A DNA stretch of 64,000 nt. Source: Eubacteriales bacterium. GTDB lineage: Bacteria > Bacillota > Clostridia > Oscillospirales > CAG-382. Below, piece after piece: positions 9,237-19,067 of this stretch. Numbering within the stretch: position 1 is the stretch's first letter; each line of letters opens with the position of its first letter. Under the pieces are notes generated by a model. The model did not search any database. It was not told the origin of the DNA and worked only from the letters and a program-made list of their open reading frames with translations. The translations under genes were made by a program, and so were the position numbers. The stretch spans positions 4,719 through 68,718 of the forward strand of contig JAZNPH010000010.1 of NCBI GenBank assembly GCA_045589515.1. Direction: 5' to 3'.

Positions 9237-10289
9237 ATGTCAAACATCGTAAAAATCGGAACTGTGACCATCGGGGGCGGAAGCCCTGTGGCCATCCAGT
9301 CTATGACCAATACCCATACCGCAGACAGGGAAGCAACCCTTGCCCAGATCCTTGCCTTGGAGCAGGCGGGCTGTCAGATCGTCCGCTTCACGGTGAACAC
9401 GGAGGAAGCGGCGGAGTCCATTCCTTATCTGCGGGAACATACCCATATCCCCCTGGTGGCGGACATCCACTTCGATTACCGCCTGGCATTGAAGGCGGCG
9501 GAGTACGGCATCCATAAGATCCGTATCAACCCCGGCAACATCGGCTCCGTGGATCGTATCCGTGAGGTGGCAAGGGTGTGCAACCAAAAAAACATCCCCA
9601 TCCGTATCGGCATCAACGGTGGCTCTCTGGAAAAGGAGCTTCTGGTCAAGTACGGCTCTCCCACCCCCGAAGCTCTCTGCGAATCCGCCTTGAAGGCGGC
9701 AAAGGAGTTTGAAGCGGTGGACTTCTGTAACCTGGTGCTTTCCGTGAAAAGCTCCTCCGTGCCAAATATGATCAAAGCCAACAGATTGCTGGCGGAGAGA
9801 TGTAACTATCCTTTGCATTTGGGCGTCACGGAAACGGGCACCAAGCGGGGGGGGAGCATTAAATCCGCTGTGGGCATCGGCGCCTTGCTGTGCGACGGTA
9901 TCGGAGATACCATGCGGGTGTCCTTGACTGCGGATCCTGTTGAGGAGATATACGCCGCCAAGGAGATCCTGCGTGCCTGCGGACTTTTGGGCGGGGTGAA
10001 CCTGATCTCCTGTCCCACCTGTGGCAGAACGGAAGTGGATCTTATCCGCTATGCCGAGGAGCTGCAGAGTAAGATTGATACCTTGAACGTTCCCGCAGGG
10101 AAGAAACTGAACGTGGCTCTCATGGGTTGCGTGGTCAACGGCCCCGGTGAAGCCAAGGAAGCCGACGTCGGCGTGGCAGGGGGCAAGGGCGAAGCGGTGC
10201 TCTTCCGCAAAGGGGAGATCGTGGGTAAAATCTCCGAGGATCAGATCGTCCCCGTTTTGTGGGATGAGATCAACCGCCTTTTGAAGTGA
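9237..10289 (+). CDS. ispG: 4-hydroxy-3-methylbut-2-en-1-yl diphosphate synthase
   Basis: 350 aa, full-length GcpE/IspG-like, with Fe-S cysteines (CPTCGR...GCVVNGPGE). Confidence 0.95.
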   Translation: MSNIVKIGTVTIGGGSPVAIQSMTNTHTADREATLAQILALEQAGCQIVRFTVNTEEAAESIPYLREHTHIPLVADIHFDYRLALKAAEYGIHKIRINPGNIGSVDRIREVARVCNQKNIPIRIGINGGSLEKELLVKYGSPTPEALCESALKAAKEFEAVDFCNLVLSVKSSSVPNMIKANRLLAERCNYPLHLGVTETGTKRGGSIKSAVGIGALLCDGIGDTMRVSLTADPVEEIYAAKEILRACGLLGGVNLISCPTCGRTEVDLIRYAEELQSKIDTLNVPAGKKLNVALMGCVVNGPGEAKEADVGVAGGKGEAVLFRKGEIVGKISEDQIVPVLWDEINRLLK

Positions 10290-10334
10290 GAAAGCACTGT
10301 TTTTCAATCGCGTTCATCGCGTTAAGGAGCGTTT

Positions 10335-13300
10335 ATGGACATCTTAGAACAATTCAAAAAGAAATTTGCCCGTGCGCTCCTGACCAAGGACGACGAGGAT
10401 CTGGTCCGCCGCATGGAGACCTTCGGCGTGAAGGTGGACAAGGAGAACAAGCGGGTGGAGATCCATGCAAAATTTGCCAAGGTGGAAAACCCCAGATTGC
10501 TGTTCGCCCTGGAGGATCTCATCAAAGCCGCCTATGGGCTGAACGAGGTTCGTATCTTCCCCAAATATCCTCCCGAAGCTTTCAAGCCGGAATGTGTCAA
10601 GGGACTCATCGCTTTGCTGAAAAGAGTCACCGGCTCCGGGGTAAGCTACGGCTTTTTTGAGGATTGCGTGTTGCATTTCGACGCCCCCAGAGGCACTTTG
10701 GAGATCAGCCTGCGGCAGTACGTGTCTCCCGCCTTCGTCACCCACAGCGGCGCGGCAGCCTTCCTTTCCGAGTGTATCCGCCACCAGTTTGGGCTGGATA
10801 TCACCGTGTATATCACCGGCGAGGAGGTGGATCCCTCCCGCTACGAGGCCCCAGGGGTAGCCGCCATGCGGAAGGCCGCCAAAGAGGAAGCTCTGGAGGA
10901 GGCCAACAGCATCAAAGCCAGCGTTCTCAACGATCAAAAGAGTATGGCGTTGGAGTTCTTCGGCCCTGATGCCGCCATTCCCGAGCATACCGAGGATGGC
11001 AAGGTGATCCTTCGGGTGGGCAATATGACTTTCGATATCACCGAGCCCAAGCCCGTTTACGGCACCTTGAAGAACCGTTCTTCCTTGGTGCCCATCAAAA
11101 TGCTGCGCAGAGATTCCTTCGTTTCCTTCGTGGGGAAGCTGTTCTCCTGGGAGGAGAAGGAAAACTATGATAAACCCAAGAACTCCTTTAAGATGTTCGT
11201 CACCGACGGGGAAGCCTCCGTGATGCTTCGCTTTCAGGCGGAAAAGGGAACCTCCTTTCCAAAAGCTCCCGCCTACGTGCTGGTGGAGGGCAAGGCACAG
11301 TACTCCGAGTTTGACGGGGAGCTGGTGATCCGCGTATCCGCCATGGCCACGGTGAAGGCCCTGTTCCGCAAGGAGACCAACCCCACCCCCCGTGTGGAGC
11401 TTCATTGCCATACCAATATGTCCGCTATGGACGCCATGTCCGATCCCGGTGCCATTATGAAGCGTGCCCAGGATTGGGGCTGTCCCGCCCTGGCCATCAC
11501 CGACCACGGCAATTTGCAGGCCTTCCCGGAGATTATGAAGGCCACCAAGAAATGCCCCGACGTGAAGCCTATCTACGGTATGGAGGGCTATCTGGTGGAT
11601 GATACCGCCAGAGCGGTATTCTTCTACTCCGACGAAAAAGATAACAAGAACTTTGAAAAAGACGAGTTCATCGTCTTCGATATCGAGACCACAGGACTTT
11701 CCGTGCAGAACTGCGGCATCACCCAGATCGCCGCTCTGCTCTACAAGGGCGGAGAAATGCTGGATACCTTCGAGACTCTCGTCAACCCCGGTATGCCCAT
11801 TCCGGAGAATATCACTCAGCTCACAGGCATCACCGACGACATGGTGAAGGACGCTCCCGACGTGGAGACCGCCGTGAGAGACTTCCTTGCCTTCGCGGGG
11901 GGACGTATGCTGGTGGCACACAACGCCTCCTTCGACGCTTCCTTTATCCGCAAGGCCTGTGCGGATTACGGCATGGAGTTCGATTGTCCCTGCTTGGATA
12001 CCGTGGCGCTGTCCCGCTTTATCAACAGCGATCTTAACCGACACACCCTGGACTCTCTGGCCAGGTATTTCAAGCTGGGAGACTTCGATCACCACCGCGC
12101 CAACGAGGACACGGAAATGCTTGCCCGCATCTTCGATTGCCTCATCGGGAAGCTTGCCGCCAACGGCATCTTCACCACGGGAGAGATGGTCACCGCCATG
12201 GCGGAAAATTCCGACCCCAAGCGGCTGAAGAACACTTATCACATCGTACTGCTGGCCAAGAACGAAACAGGGCTTAAGAACCTGTACAAATTGGTTTCCT
12301 ATTCCTACTTAAATTATTTCAACCGTCACCCCCGCATCCCCAAAACAGTGCTGAAGGAGCACAGAGAGGGTCTGATCTTAGGCTCTGCCTGTATTGCCGG
12401 TGAGTTCTACCAGGCGGTGGTGGACGGCAAGCCCTTCGGGGAGCTTTGCAAGATCGCCGAGATGTACGATTATCTGGAGATCCAGCCCTGGACCAACAAC
12501 TGGTTCCTCTATGAGGACGGCAAGCTGGGCACCGATCCCCAAAAGGCATTAGAGCAGCTCCACGAATACGACAGAACCGTGATCCGTGTGGCGGATAAGC
12601 TGAACAAGCCCGTATGCGCCACGGGAGACGTACACTTCTTAGAGCCGGAGGACGAGCTTTACAGACAGATCCTGCAAAAGGGTCAGGGCTTTGCCGACGG
12701 CGACAAAGAGACCAAGCTTTACTTCAAGACCACCGACGAAATGCTGGAAGCCTTCTCCTTCTTAGGAGAAGAAAAGGCAAGGGAAGTGGTCATCGACAAC
12801 CCCCGTAAGATCGCCGAAAGCGTGGAGTTTTTGAAGCCCATTCCCGACGGTCAGTATACCCCCGAGATCCCCGGTGCAGACGAGGACCTGATCCGTACCT
12901 GCGAGGAGACGGCGAAGAAGCTTTACGGCGACCCCATTCCCGAGATCGTCAAGGCCAGAATGGACAGGGAATTGACCTCCATCATCAAAAACGGCTTCGC
13001 AGTGCTTTACATCATCGCCCGTAACTTGGTGCGTAACTCCGAGGAAAACGGCTACTACGTGGGCTCCCGCGGCTCCGTGGGCTCTTCCTTCGTGGCCTCC
13101 TTGGCACATATTTCCGAGGTAAACCCCCTGCCTCCCCATTGGCGTTGCCCCAATTGTAAGCACAGCGAGTTCATCACCGACGGCTCCTACGGTTCGGGAT
13201 TTGATATGCCCGACAAGAACTGTCCTCACTGCGGAACGAAAATGACGGTAGACGGCCACGACATCCCCTTCGAGACCTTCTTGGGTTTCCATGGGGAAAA

Positions 13301-14723
13301 GGCACCGGATATCGATCTGAACTTCTCGGGAGACGTCCAGTCCGCCGCCCATAAATACACCGAAGTGCTGTTCGGCAAGGAGAACATCTTCCGCGCAGGC
13401 ACCGTGTCCGCGTTGCAGTCCAAGACCTGCTTCGGCTTCGTGAAGCATTATTTGGAGGAGGAGGGGAAGGATCTCACCCGTGCGGAGATCGAACGTCTCA
13501 TCGACGGGTGCATCGGCGTCAAGCGTACCACGGGTCAGCATCCCGGCGGCATCGTGGTCATTCCCAAGCAATATCAGATCTACGATTTTACTCCCGTGCA
13601 ATACCCTGCGGAGAAGGAATCCTCCGGGGTCATCACCACCCACTTCGCCTTTGAATACCTCCACGATACCCTGTTAAAACTGGATATTCTGGGTCACGAT
13701 GTTCCCACCTTCTACCGCATTCTGGAAGAATATACCGGCCGTTCCGTGATGGCGCTCCCCATGAATGACGTCAACGTGTACGAGCTGTTCAAGTCCACCA
13801 AGCCTTTGGGCATCACCCCCAAGGACATCGATTGCAACCTTGGCACCTTCGGTCTTCCCGAGTTCGGCACCAAATACGCCATCCAGATGATCGAGGACGC
13901 CAAGCCTCAGAACTTCTCCGACCTGTTGCAGATCTCAGGCCTTTCCCACGGTACGGGCATTTGGCTGGGCAACGGTAAGGATCTCATCGCCAACGGCACC
14001 TGCTCCATTCACGAGATCATCGGTACCCGTGACAGTATCATGATCTACCTGATGCAGAAGGGACTGGATTCCTCCGTGGCCTTCACCGCCATGGAGCGTA
14101 CCCGTAAGGGTAAAGGTTTGACGGATGACCTGATCGTGGAAATGAAGAAGTGCGACGTTCCCGATTGGTACATCGAATCCTGTCAGAAGATCAAGTACAT
14201 GTTCCCCAAGGCCCACGCGGCGGCCTATACCATCGCGGCTCTCCGTCTGGGCTGGTTCAAGGTCTACGAGCCCGTGGCCTTCTACGCCGCTTACTTCACC
14301 ATCAAGGCAGATACCTTTGACGGCGCCTTGGTGATGCAGGGACTCCGTGCCATCAAGGCCAAAATGCGGGAATTGCAGAACGCCCAGAATATCACCGCCA
14401 AGGACGAGGATATGCTGGTCATTCTCAACCTGGTGGTGGAGATGTATGCCCGCGGGGTGGAGTTCCTTCCCGTGAACATCTTCCGCTCCCACGCCTTCAA
14501 GTTTCTGCCGGAAGACGGCAAGGTCAGATTGCCCTTCACCTCCCTTTCCGGGTTGGGGCAGGGTGCCGCAGAGCGTATCCAGGATTCCATCGCCACGGGT
14601 AGGGTCACCACCGTGGAGGAATTGATGATGGAGCCCGGCGTTGGCAAGAGCGTGGTGGAAATGCTGCGAAACAACGGCTGCCTGGAAGGCCTGCCGGAGT
14701 CCAATCAATTCACGCTGTTTTAA
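10335..14723 (+). CDS. polC: DNA polymerase III alpha subunit, PolC type
   Basis: 1462 aa. It contains a DEDDh exonuclease block (FDIETTGLS...HNASFD), a zinc finger (CPNCKHSEF...CPHCG) and PHP and polymerase cores. AAGGAG RBS at 10324-10329. Confidence 0.97.
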   Translation: MDILEQFKKKFARALLTKDDEDLVRRMETFGVKVDKENKRVEIHAKFAKVENPRLLFALEDLIKAAYGLNEVRIFPKYPPEAFKPECVKGLIALLKRVTGSGVSYGFFEDCVLHFDAPRGTLEISLRQYVSPAFVTHSGAAAFLSECIRHQFGLDITVYITGEEVDPSRYEAPGVAAMRKAAKEEALEEANSIKASVLNDQKSMALEFFGPDAAIPEHTEDGKVILRVGNMTFDITEPKPVYGTLKNRSSLVPIKMLRRDSFVSFVGKLFSWEEKENYDKPKNSFKMFVTDGEASVMLRFQAEKGTSFPKAPAYVLVEGKAQYSEFDGELVIRVSAMATVKALFRKETNPTPRVELHCHTNMSAMDAMSDPGAIMKRAQDWGCPALAITDHGNLQAFPEIMKATKKCPDVKPIYGMEGYLVDDTARAVFFYSDEKDNKNFEKDEFIVFDIETTGLSVQNCGITQIAALLYKGGEMLDTFETLVNPGMPIPENITQLTGITDDMVKDAPDVETAVRDFLAFAGGRMLVAHNASFDASFIRKACADYGMEFDCPCLDTVALSRFINSDLNRHTLDSLARYFKLGDFDHHRANEDTEMLARIFDCLIGKLAANGIFTTGEMVTAMAENSDPKRLKNTYHIVLLAKNETGLKNLYKLVSYSYLNYFNRHPRIPKTVLKEHREGLILGSACIAGEFYQAVVDGKPFGELCKIAEMYDYLEIQPWTNNWFLYEDGKLGTDPQKALEQLHEYDRTVIRVADKLNKPVCATGDVHFLEPEDELYRQILQKGQGFADGDKETKLYFKTTDEMLEAFSFLGEEKAREVVIDNPRKIAESVEFLKPIPDGQYTPEIPGADEDLIRTCEETAKKLYGDPIPEIVKARMDRELTSIIKNGFAVLYIIARNLVRNSEENGYYVGSRGSVGSSFVASLAHISEVNPLPPHWRCPNCKHSEFITDGSYGSGFDMPDKNCPHCGTKMTVDGHDIPFETFLGFHGEKAPDIDLNFSGDVQSAAHKYTEVLFGKENIFRAGTVSALQSKTCFGFVKHYLEEEGKDLTRAEIERLIDGCIGVKRTTGQHPGGIVVIPKQYQIYDFTPVQYPAEKESSGVITTHFAFEYLHDTLLKLDILGHDVPTFYRILEEYTGRSVMALPMNDVNVYELFKSTKPLGITPKDIDCNLGTFGLPEFGTKYAIQMIEDAKPQNFSDLLQISGLSHGTGIWLGNGKDLIANGTCSIHEIIGTRDSIMIYLMQKGLDSSVAFTAMERTRKGKGLTDDLIVEMKKCDVPDWYIESCQKIKYMFPKAHAAAYTIAALRLGWFKVYEPVAFYAAYFTIKADTFDGALVMQGLRAIKAKMRELQNAQNITAKDEDMLVILNLVVEMYARGVEFLPVNIFRSHAFKFLPEDGKVRLPFTSLSGLGQGAAERIQDSIATGRVTTVEELMMEPGVGKSVVEMLRNNGCLEGLPESNQFTLF

Positions 14724-15151
14724 GCGCTTCGCTTGCACCCGAAAAAAGAATTTTTTTGGGTGATACGCCCTGCTTCTGCGCAGGGCGAGCCCCTGACGGG
14801 GTTTGCAACAAGGTTGCAAATTTTTCTCCTGCGCTAACCGCTTGGAGAAAAACTATAAAAGGTGTCTTTTTGCCCGAAATGAATTCGGGCAAGCGACGCA
14901 ATTTTAATGTATCCCCTGCGGGGGAGAGCGTAGGAAACGATTCACTCTCGCCATCGCTTCGGCTACGCAGGATCGAACGCTTTTGCGCGCTCCCGCAGGG
15001 AGCTGACCTTCCCCCTTTTGGGGAAGGGGGACCAATACGAGACGGAAGGATTGACGTCTGTTCGTTTCGTTATTTCTCGTAGTGGTGGATGAGGTTCCTC
15101 TGAAAGGAAAATGTACCCCCTCCACACAATAAGAATTGTTATTAACTGCTT
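14724..15151. other. 428-bp non-coding spacer densely packed with at least 10 unrelated short hairpins
   Basis: Examples: CACCCGAAAAAA/TTTTTTTGGGTG (14736-14762), CGCCCTGC/GCAGGGCG (14766-14787), TTTGCAAC/GTTGCAAA (14802-14820), TGCCCGAA/TTCGGGCA (14871-14891), CCTTCCCC/GGGGAAGG (15008-15028). No convincing ORF is present. Confidence 0.5.
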
Positions 15152-15961
15152 ATGAAACTGTTTGATTATCACACCCACAACGAAATATCCTTTGATTCCG
15201 AAGCGACCTTACTTGGACACTGCCAATGGGCTGTCAAGAAAGGCCTTGCCGAGCTGGCGCTGACCAACCATTACGAATTGGACATGGTGCTGTTGGGCAC
15301 CGCGGAAGCTCCCGACCTGGAAAAAGAAGAGAGCATGCTTTTAGAAGCTAAGGAAGCCTTCACAGGGAAGCTTGACGTCCTGCGGGGCATCGAGATCGGT
15401 CAGCCCGCCTACGACCTGGAGGCCGCCCGCAAGCTGGTTGCCAAACGGGATTACGACGTGGTTCTTGGCTCCCAACACAACGGCAAGGGAAACATCGACT
15501 TCTACTTCATGGATTGCAAGTCCTTTTCCGACGACCACCTGCGGGATCTTTGGGACACCTACCTTGCCGACCTGATCACCATCGCAAAGAAGGCGGAGGT
15601 GGACGTGCTGACCCACATTCTTTACCCCGTGCGGTACGTAGAAAAGGAGCGGCAGTATTGCTTCCCCGTGACCAAGGAGGCCTTTGAGCCGGTATTCAAG
15701 GCCTTGATCGAGAGGGAGATCGCTTTGGAGATCAACACCGCCGCTGTGCGGAGAGGGTCTCTCGCAGAGCCGGACCCCTGTATGGAATTGCTTTCCTTCT
15801 ACCGCTCTCTGGGCGGGGAATATCTCACCTTAGGCAGTGACGCACACGTCTCTCCCGACGTGGGTGCAAACTTCAAGGAAGCCGTCGCCCTTGCGGAAGG
15901 GGCGGGGTTCCGTTATCTCACCCGTTTCCGCAACAGACAAAAGATCATGGAGGCTATATGA
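15152..15961 (+). CDS. PHP-family phosphatase (histidinol-phosphatase HisJ-like)
   Basis: N-terminal DYHTH metal motif and later HIL / GSDAH motifs typical of PHP phosphoesterases. No Shine-Dalgarno sequence is visible upstream. Confidence 0.75.
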   Translation: MKLFDYHTHNEISFDSEATLLGHCQWAVKKGLAELALTNHYELDMVLLGTAEAPDLEKEESMLLEAKEAFTGKLDVLRGIEIGQPAYDLEAARKLVAKRDYDVVLGSQHNGKGNIDFYFMDCKSFSDDHLRDLWDTYLADLITIAKKAEVDVLTHILYPVRYVEKERQYCFPVTKEAFEPVFKALIEREIALEINTAAVRRGSLAEPDPCMELLSFYRSLGGEYLTLGSDAHVSPDVGANFKEAVALAEGAGFRYLTRFRNRQKIMEAI

Positions 15962-16446
15962 TGAACCTGAAAAACACCATTCTTTCCTACCTGGAAAAGG
16001 ATTCCCATTTGGATGCCAAGACCTTGGCCGTGATGCTGGGCATGACGGAGGAGGAAGTGGCAAAGGAGATTGCCTCGTTGGAAGCCGAGGGCACCATTCT
16101 CTCTTACAAAACCATTGTGAACTGGGAAAAGACCGACCGCCGTATGGTGCGGGCACTCATTGAGCTGAAGACCATTCCCCAGAGAGACAAGGGCTTTGAT
16201 ACCGTTGCAGAGCGAATCTCCACCTATCCCCAGGTGAAGAGCGTGTTCCTCATGTCCGGCGGCTTCGACTTGGCTTTGTTCGTGGAAGGGGAGACCATGC
16301 GTGACGTGGCGCTGTTCGTTGCGGAAAAGCTGGCCACCATGGAGGGGGTCACCGCCACCGCCACCCATTTCGTTTTGCAGACCTACAAGGATAACGACGT
16401 GGTATACGAGCAGGATACCACCGATAAGAGAGGCAATAGCTGGTAA
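15958..16446 (+). CDS. Lrp/AsnC-family transcriptional regulator
   Basis: N-terminal HTH (LDAKTLAVMLGMTEEEVAKEIASLE) plus a C-terminal RAM-like domain. ATGA overlap with the upstream gene. Confidence 0.85.
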   Translation: MMNLKNTILSYLEKDSHLDAKTLAVMLGMTEEEVAKEIASLEAEGTILSYKTIVNWEKTDRRMVRALIELKTIPQRDKGFDTVAERISTYPQVKSVFLMSGGFDLALFVEGETMRDVALFVAEKLATMEGVTATATHFVLQTYKDNDVVYEQDTTDKRGNSW

Positions 16447-17612
16447 TGTTTGATCCTACGACACGTTTAAACCATACCGTCACGGAGATCAAGCCCTCGG
16501 GGATCCGCAAGTTCTTCGACCTTCTGGACGAGATGAAGGACGTGGTGGCCCTTACCGTGGGTCAGCCCGACTTCGTCACCCCCTGGCATATCCGTGATGC
16601 AGGCATCCGCTCCCTGGAGGAGGGGCGTACTTACTATACCTCCAACAACGGACTTTTAGAGTTCCGTAAAGAAATTGCAAACTATCAGTCCCGACGTTTC
16701 GGTTTGGAATACGATCCCGCTTCCGAGATCATTGTCACCGTAGGGGGCAGCGAGGCCATCGACATGGCCCTCCGCGCCACCGTGAACCCCGGGGACGAGG
16801 TCATCGTTCCAGAGCCCTGCTTCGTTTGCTACGCACCCTTGGTGTCCATGGCAGGGGGGATTCCCGTGGCTCTGCCCCTGAAGTGGGAGAACAGCTTCAA
16901 GCTCACCCCCGCAGAGCTTCGTTCCGCTCTGACAGAAAAGACCAAGGCCATCGTCCTGGCCTTCCCCAACAACCCCACGGGGGCTTGCCTCACCAAGGCA
17001 GAGCTTGAGGGGCTGGCAGAGGTGATCCGTGAAAGTGAAGCTTTGGTGATCTCCGACGAGATCTACGGGGAGCTGACCTACGATTATACCCATACCTCCA
17101 TCGCTTCCATCGAGGGAATGCGGGAACGCACCGTGGTGGTGGGCGGCTTTTCCAAGGCCTACGCCATGACGGGCTGGAGATTGGGCTACACCTTAGCTCC
17201 TGCTTATATCACCAAGCAGATGGCCAAGATCCACCAGTACGGCATTATGTGCGCCCCTACCACCAGCCAGTACGCCGCCATCGAGGCGCTGAAGAACGGG
17301 GATGGGGATATCGAAATGATGAAAGCGGAATACCACGCCAGAAGAAACCTCATCGTCTCCCGCCTGCGGGAGCTGGGCATCGATTGCTTCATGCCCGAGG
17401 GTGCTTTCTACGTGTTCCCCTACATCGGCAAGTTCGGCCTTTCTTCCGACGAGTTCTGTGAGCGTCTGCTGTACGAAAAGCACGTAGCCATCGTTCCCGG
17501 CACCGCCTTCGGCGCAAGCGGAGAGGGATTTGCAAGACTTTCCTATGCCTATTCCGTCCGCCATATTGAGCAGGCAATGGAGCGGCTGGGCGAGTTTGTC
17601 AAAACCCTATGA
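16446..17612 (+). CDS. PLP-dependent aminotransferase, class I/II
   Basis: SGIRKFFD, NNPTG and FSKAYAMTGWRLGY (PLP-lysine region) motifs. Pairing with an Lrp-type regulator recalls B. subtilis alaR-alaT (yugG-yugH). Confidence 0.88.
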   Translation: MFDPTTRLNHTVTEIKPSGIRKFFDLLDEMKDVVALTVGQPDFVTPWHIRDAGIRSLEEGRTYYTSNNGLLEFRKEIANYQSRRFGLEYDPASEIIVTVGGSEAIDMALRATVNPGDEVIVPEPCFVCYAPLVSMAGGIPVALPLKWENSFKLTPAELRSALTEKTKAIVLAFPNNPTGACLTKAELEGLAEVIRESEALVISDEIYGELTYDYTHTSIASIEGMRERTVVVGGFSKAYAMTGWRLGYTLAPAYITKQMAKIHQYGIMCAPTTSQYAAIEALKNGDGDIEMMKAEYHARRNLIVSRLRELGIDCFMPEGAFYVFPYIGKFGLSSDEFCERLLYEKHVAIVPGTAFGASGEGFARLSYAYSVRHIEQAMERLGEFVKTL

Positions 17613-18400
17613 AGTGTAAAGCCTTTGCAAAGATCAACCTGACCCTTGCCATCACGGGGATCAGAGAGGACGGCTACCATACCCTCCATACCGTGATGCA
17701 GCAGGTATCCTTACATGACAATTTAACGGTGGAGAAGGCTGATTCCATCACCTTCACCTGCACAGACGAGACCTTGGCAGGGGAGAAGAACCTCTGTGTC
17801 AAGGGAGCAAAAGCCTTTTTTGCCCGCACGGGGATCAAAGGCGGTGCCGCCATCCACCTGGAAAAATCCCTCCCCATGGGAGCGGGGATGGGGGGCGGCA
17901 GTGCAGATTGTGCCTCCGTGCTTTGCGCCTTGAATAAGCTGTACGGCGATCCCCTTTCCGAACCCGAGCTTCTCGCCCTGGGGGCCACCTTAGGGGCGGA
18001 CGTGCCCTTCTGTATCAAGGGCGGCAAGTGCCTCTGTACGGGCATTGGGGAGGTTTTGACTCCTTTACCCCAGGGACACACCCTGTATTTGGTGATCGCC
18101 AAGGGGAAGGAAAGCCTATCTACCCCGGAGATGTACCGCCGTGCCGACGCCGCAAGGGCGTGTTGGAGCAGTCCTGCCAAAGAAGGCTTTTACAACGATT
18201 TTGAGCCCGTGGCGGAGGCGGTTATACCGGAGATCTCCCATCTCAAAACCCGCTTGAAGGAGCTGGGGGCCACCTTTACCATGATGACTGGGAGCGGCAG
18301 TGCCGTGTTCGGGATCTTTGAAACCGAGGAAGCCACTTTCCCCGCCGCGGAAGCCTTGCGAAACGAGGGCTTCTACGCAAAACCCTGCCATACTCTTTGA
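17609..18400 (+). CDS. ispE: 4-diphosphocytidyl-2-C-methyl-D-erythritol kinase
   Basis: GHMP kinase motif PMGAGMGGGSADCA and N-terminal KAFAKINLTL. ATGA overlap with the upstream gene. Confidence 0.9.
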   Translation: MKCKAFAKINLTLAITGIREDGYHTLHTVMQQVSLHDNLTVEKADSITFTCTDETLAGEKNLCVKGAKAFFARTGIKGGAAIHLEKSLPMGAGMGGGSADCASVLCALNKLYGDPLSEPELLALGATLGADVPFCIKGGKCLCTGIGEVLTPLPQGHTLYLVIAKGKESLSTPEMYRRADAARACWSSPAKEGFYNDFEPVAEAVIPEISHLKTRLKELGATFTMMTGSGSAVFGIFETEEATFPAAEALRNEGFYAKPCHTL

Positions 18401-18404
18401 TTTT

Positions 18405-18435
18405 TGCATAATTTTTCCAAATCCTGTCCAAACTC
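18405..18435 (+). promoter_or_regulatory. Possible forespore (sigma-F-like) promoter for spoIIR
   Basis: tGCATA (18405-18410), 15-nt spacer, GTCCAAACTC (18426-18435). This is a partial match to the Bacillus sigma-F pattern GCATR-15-GGnnAnAHTR, with 2 mismatches in the -10. Confidence 0.35.
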
Positions 18436-18464
18436 CCTACATCAAACAAAAAGGAGCTTGTGAC

Positions 18465-19067
18465 ATGAAATTGTTTTCTCTCATCCACCGTATACTTATT
18501 TCTCTTTGCGCCTCCGCCGTCTTGCTGTTGTGTTTGGACCTTGCTATTCCCGCGGGGGAGGGGGAGATCTATAAGACCCTCATCCGCCTCCACGTGCTGG
18601 CACAGTCCGACAGGGAGGAGGATCAGGCTGTGAAGCTTTTGGTGCGGGACGCTATTGTGGAGGAATGCGGAGATCTCTTTGCGGAGACAGCTACCACTGA
18701 GGAAGCCCTTGCGGGGATAGAAGCCGCCGCCTCCCGCATGGAGGCCGTGGCCAACCGCGTGCTGAAAGAGCAGGGCGTTCCCTACACCGCAAAAGCCGTC
18801 TTCGGCAGGGAGACATACCCCACCTGTGCATACGACGGCGTCACCTTCCCTGCAGGGGAGTATTATTCTCTGCGGATCCTCTTGGGAGAGGGAGAGGGGA
18901 AGAATTGGTGGTGCTGTTTGTTTCCTCCCCTTTGTATGAACGCCGCCGACGCGGAGGACAGCCTGGATTCCGTGGGCATCGACCCCGCCTCCGGGAAGGT
19001 GTTCACCAAGAAAAAATACACCGTCAGATTCAAGCTTTTGGAGTGGTTCTCATGCTTATTCGAGTGA
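18465..19067 (+). CDS. spoIIR: Stage II sporulation protein R
   Basis: Internal ATG 18465 has an AAAGGAG RBS at 18450-18456. A signal-anchor is followed by the characteristic IRLHVLAQSDREEDQAVKLLVRDAI block. Confidence 0.8.
   Translation: MKLFSLIHRILISLCASAVLLLCLDLAIPAGEGEIYKTLIRLHVLAQSDREEDQAVKLLVRDAIVEECGDLFAETATTEEALAGIEAAASRMEAVANRVLKEQGVPYTAKAVFGRETYPTCAYDGVTFPAGEYYSLRILLGEGEGKNWWCCLFPPLCMNAADAEDSLDSVGIDPASGKVFTKKKYTVRFKLLEWFSCLFE

Noticed and set aside
14724-15151. Riboswitch or T-box leader for the PHP / aminotransferase genes
   Set aside because: I found no T-box consensus (GGGTGGTACCGCG-like), no specifier-loop layout, and no conserved cores of the common riboswitch classes that I can recognise by eye. 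A covariance-model scan is still needed.
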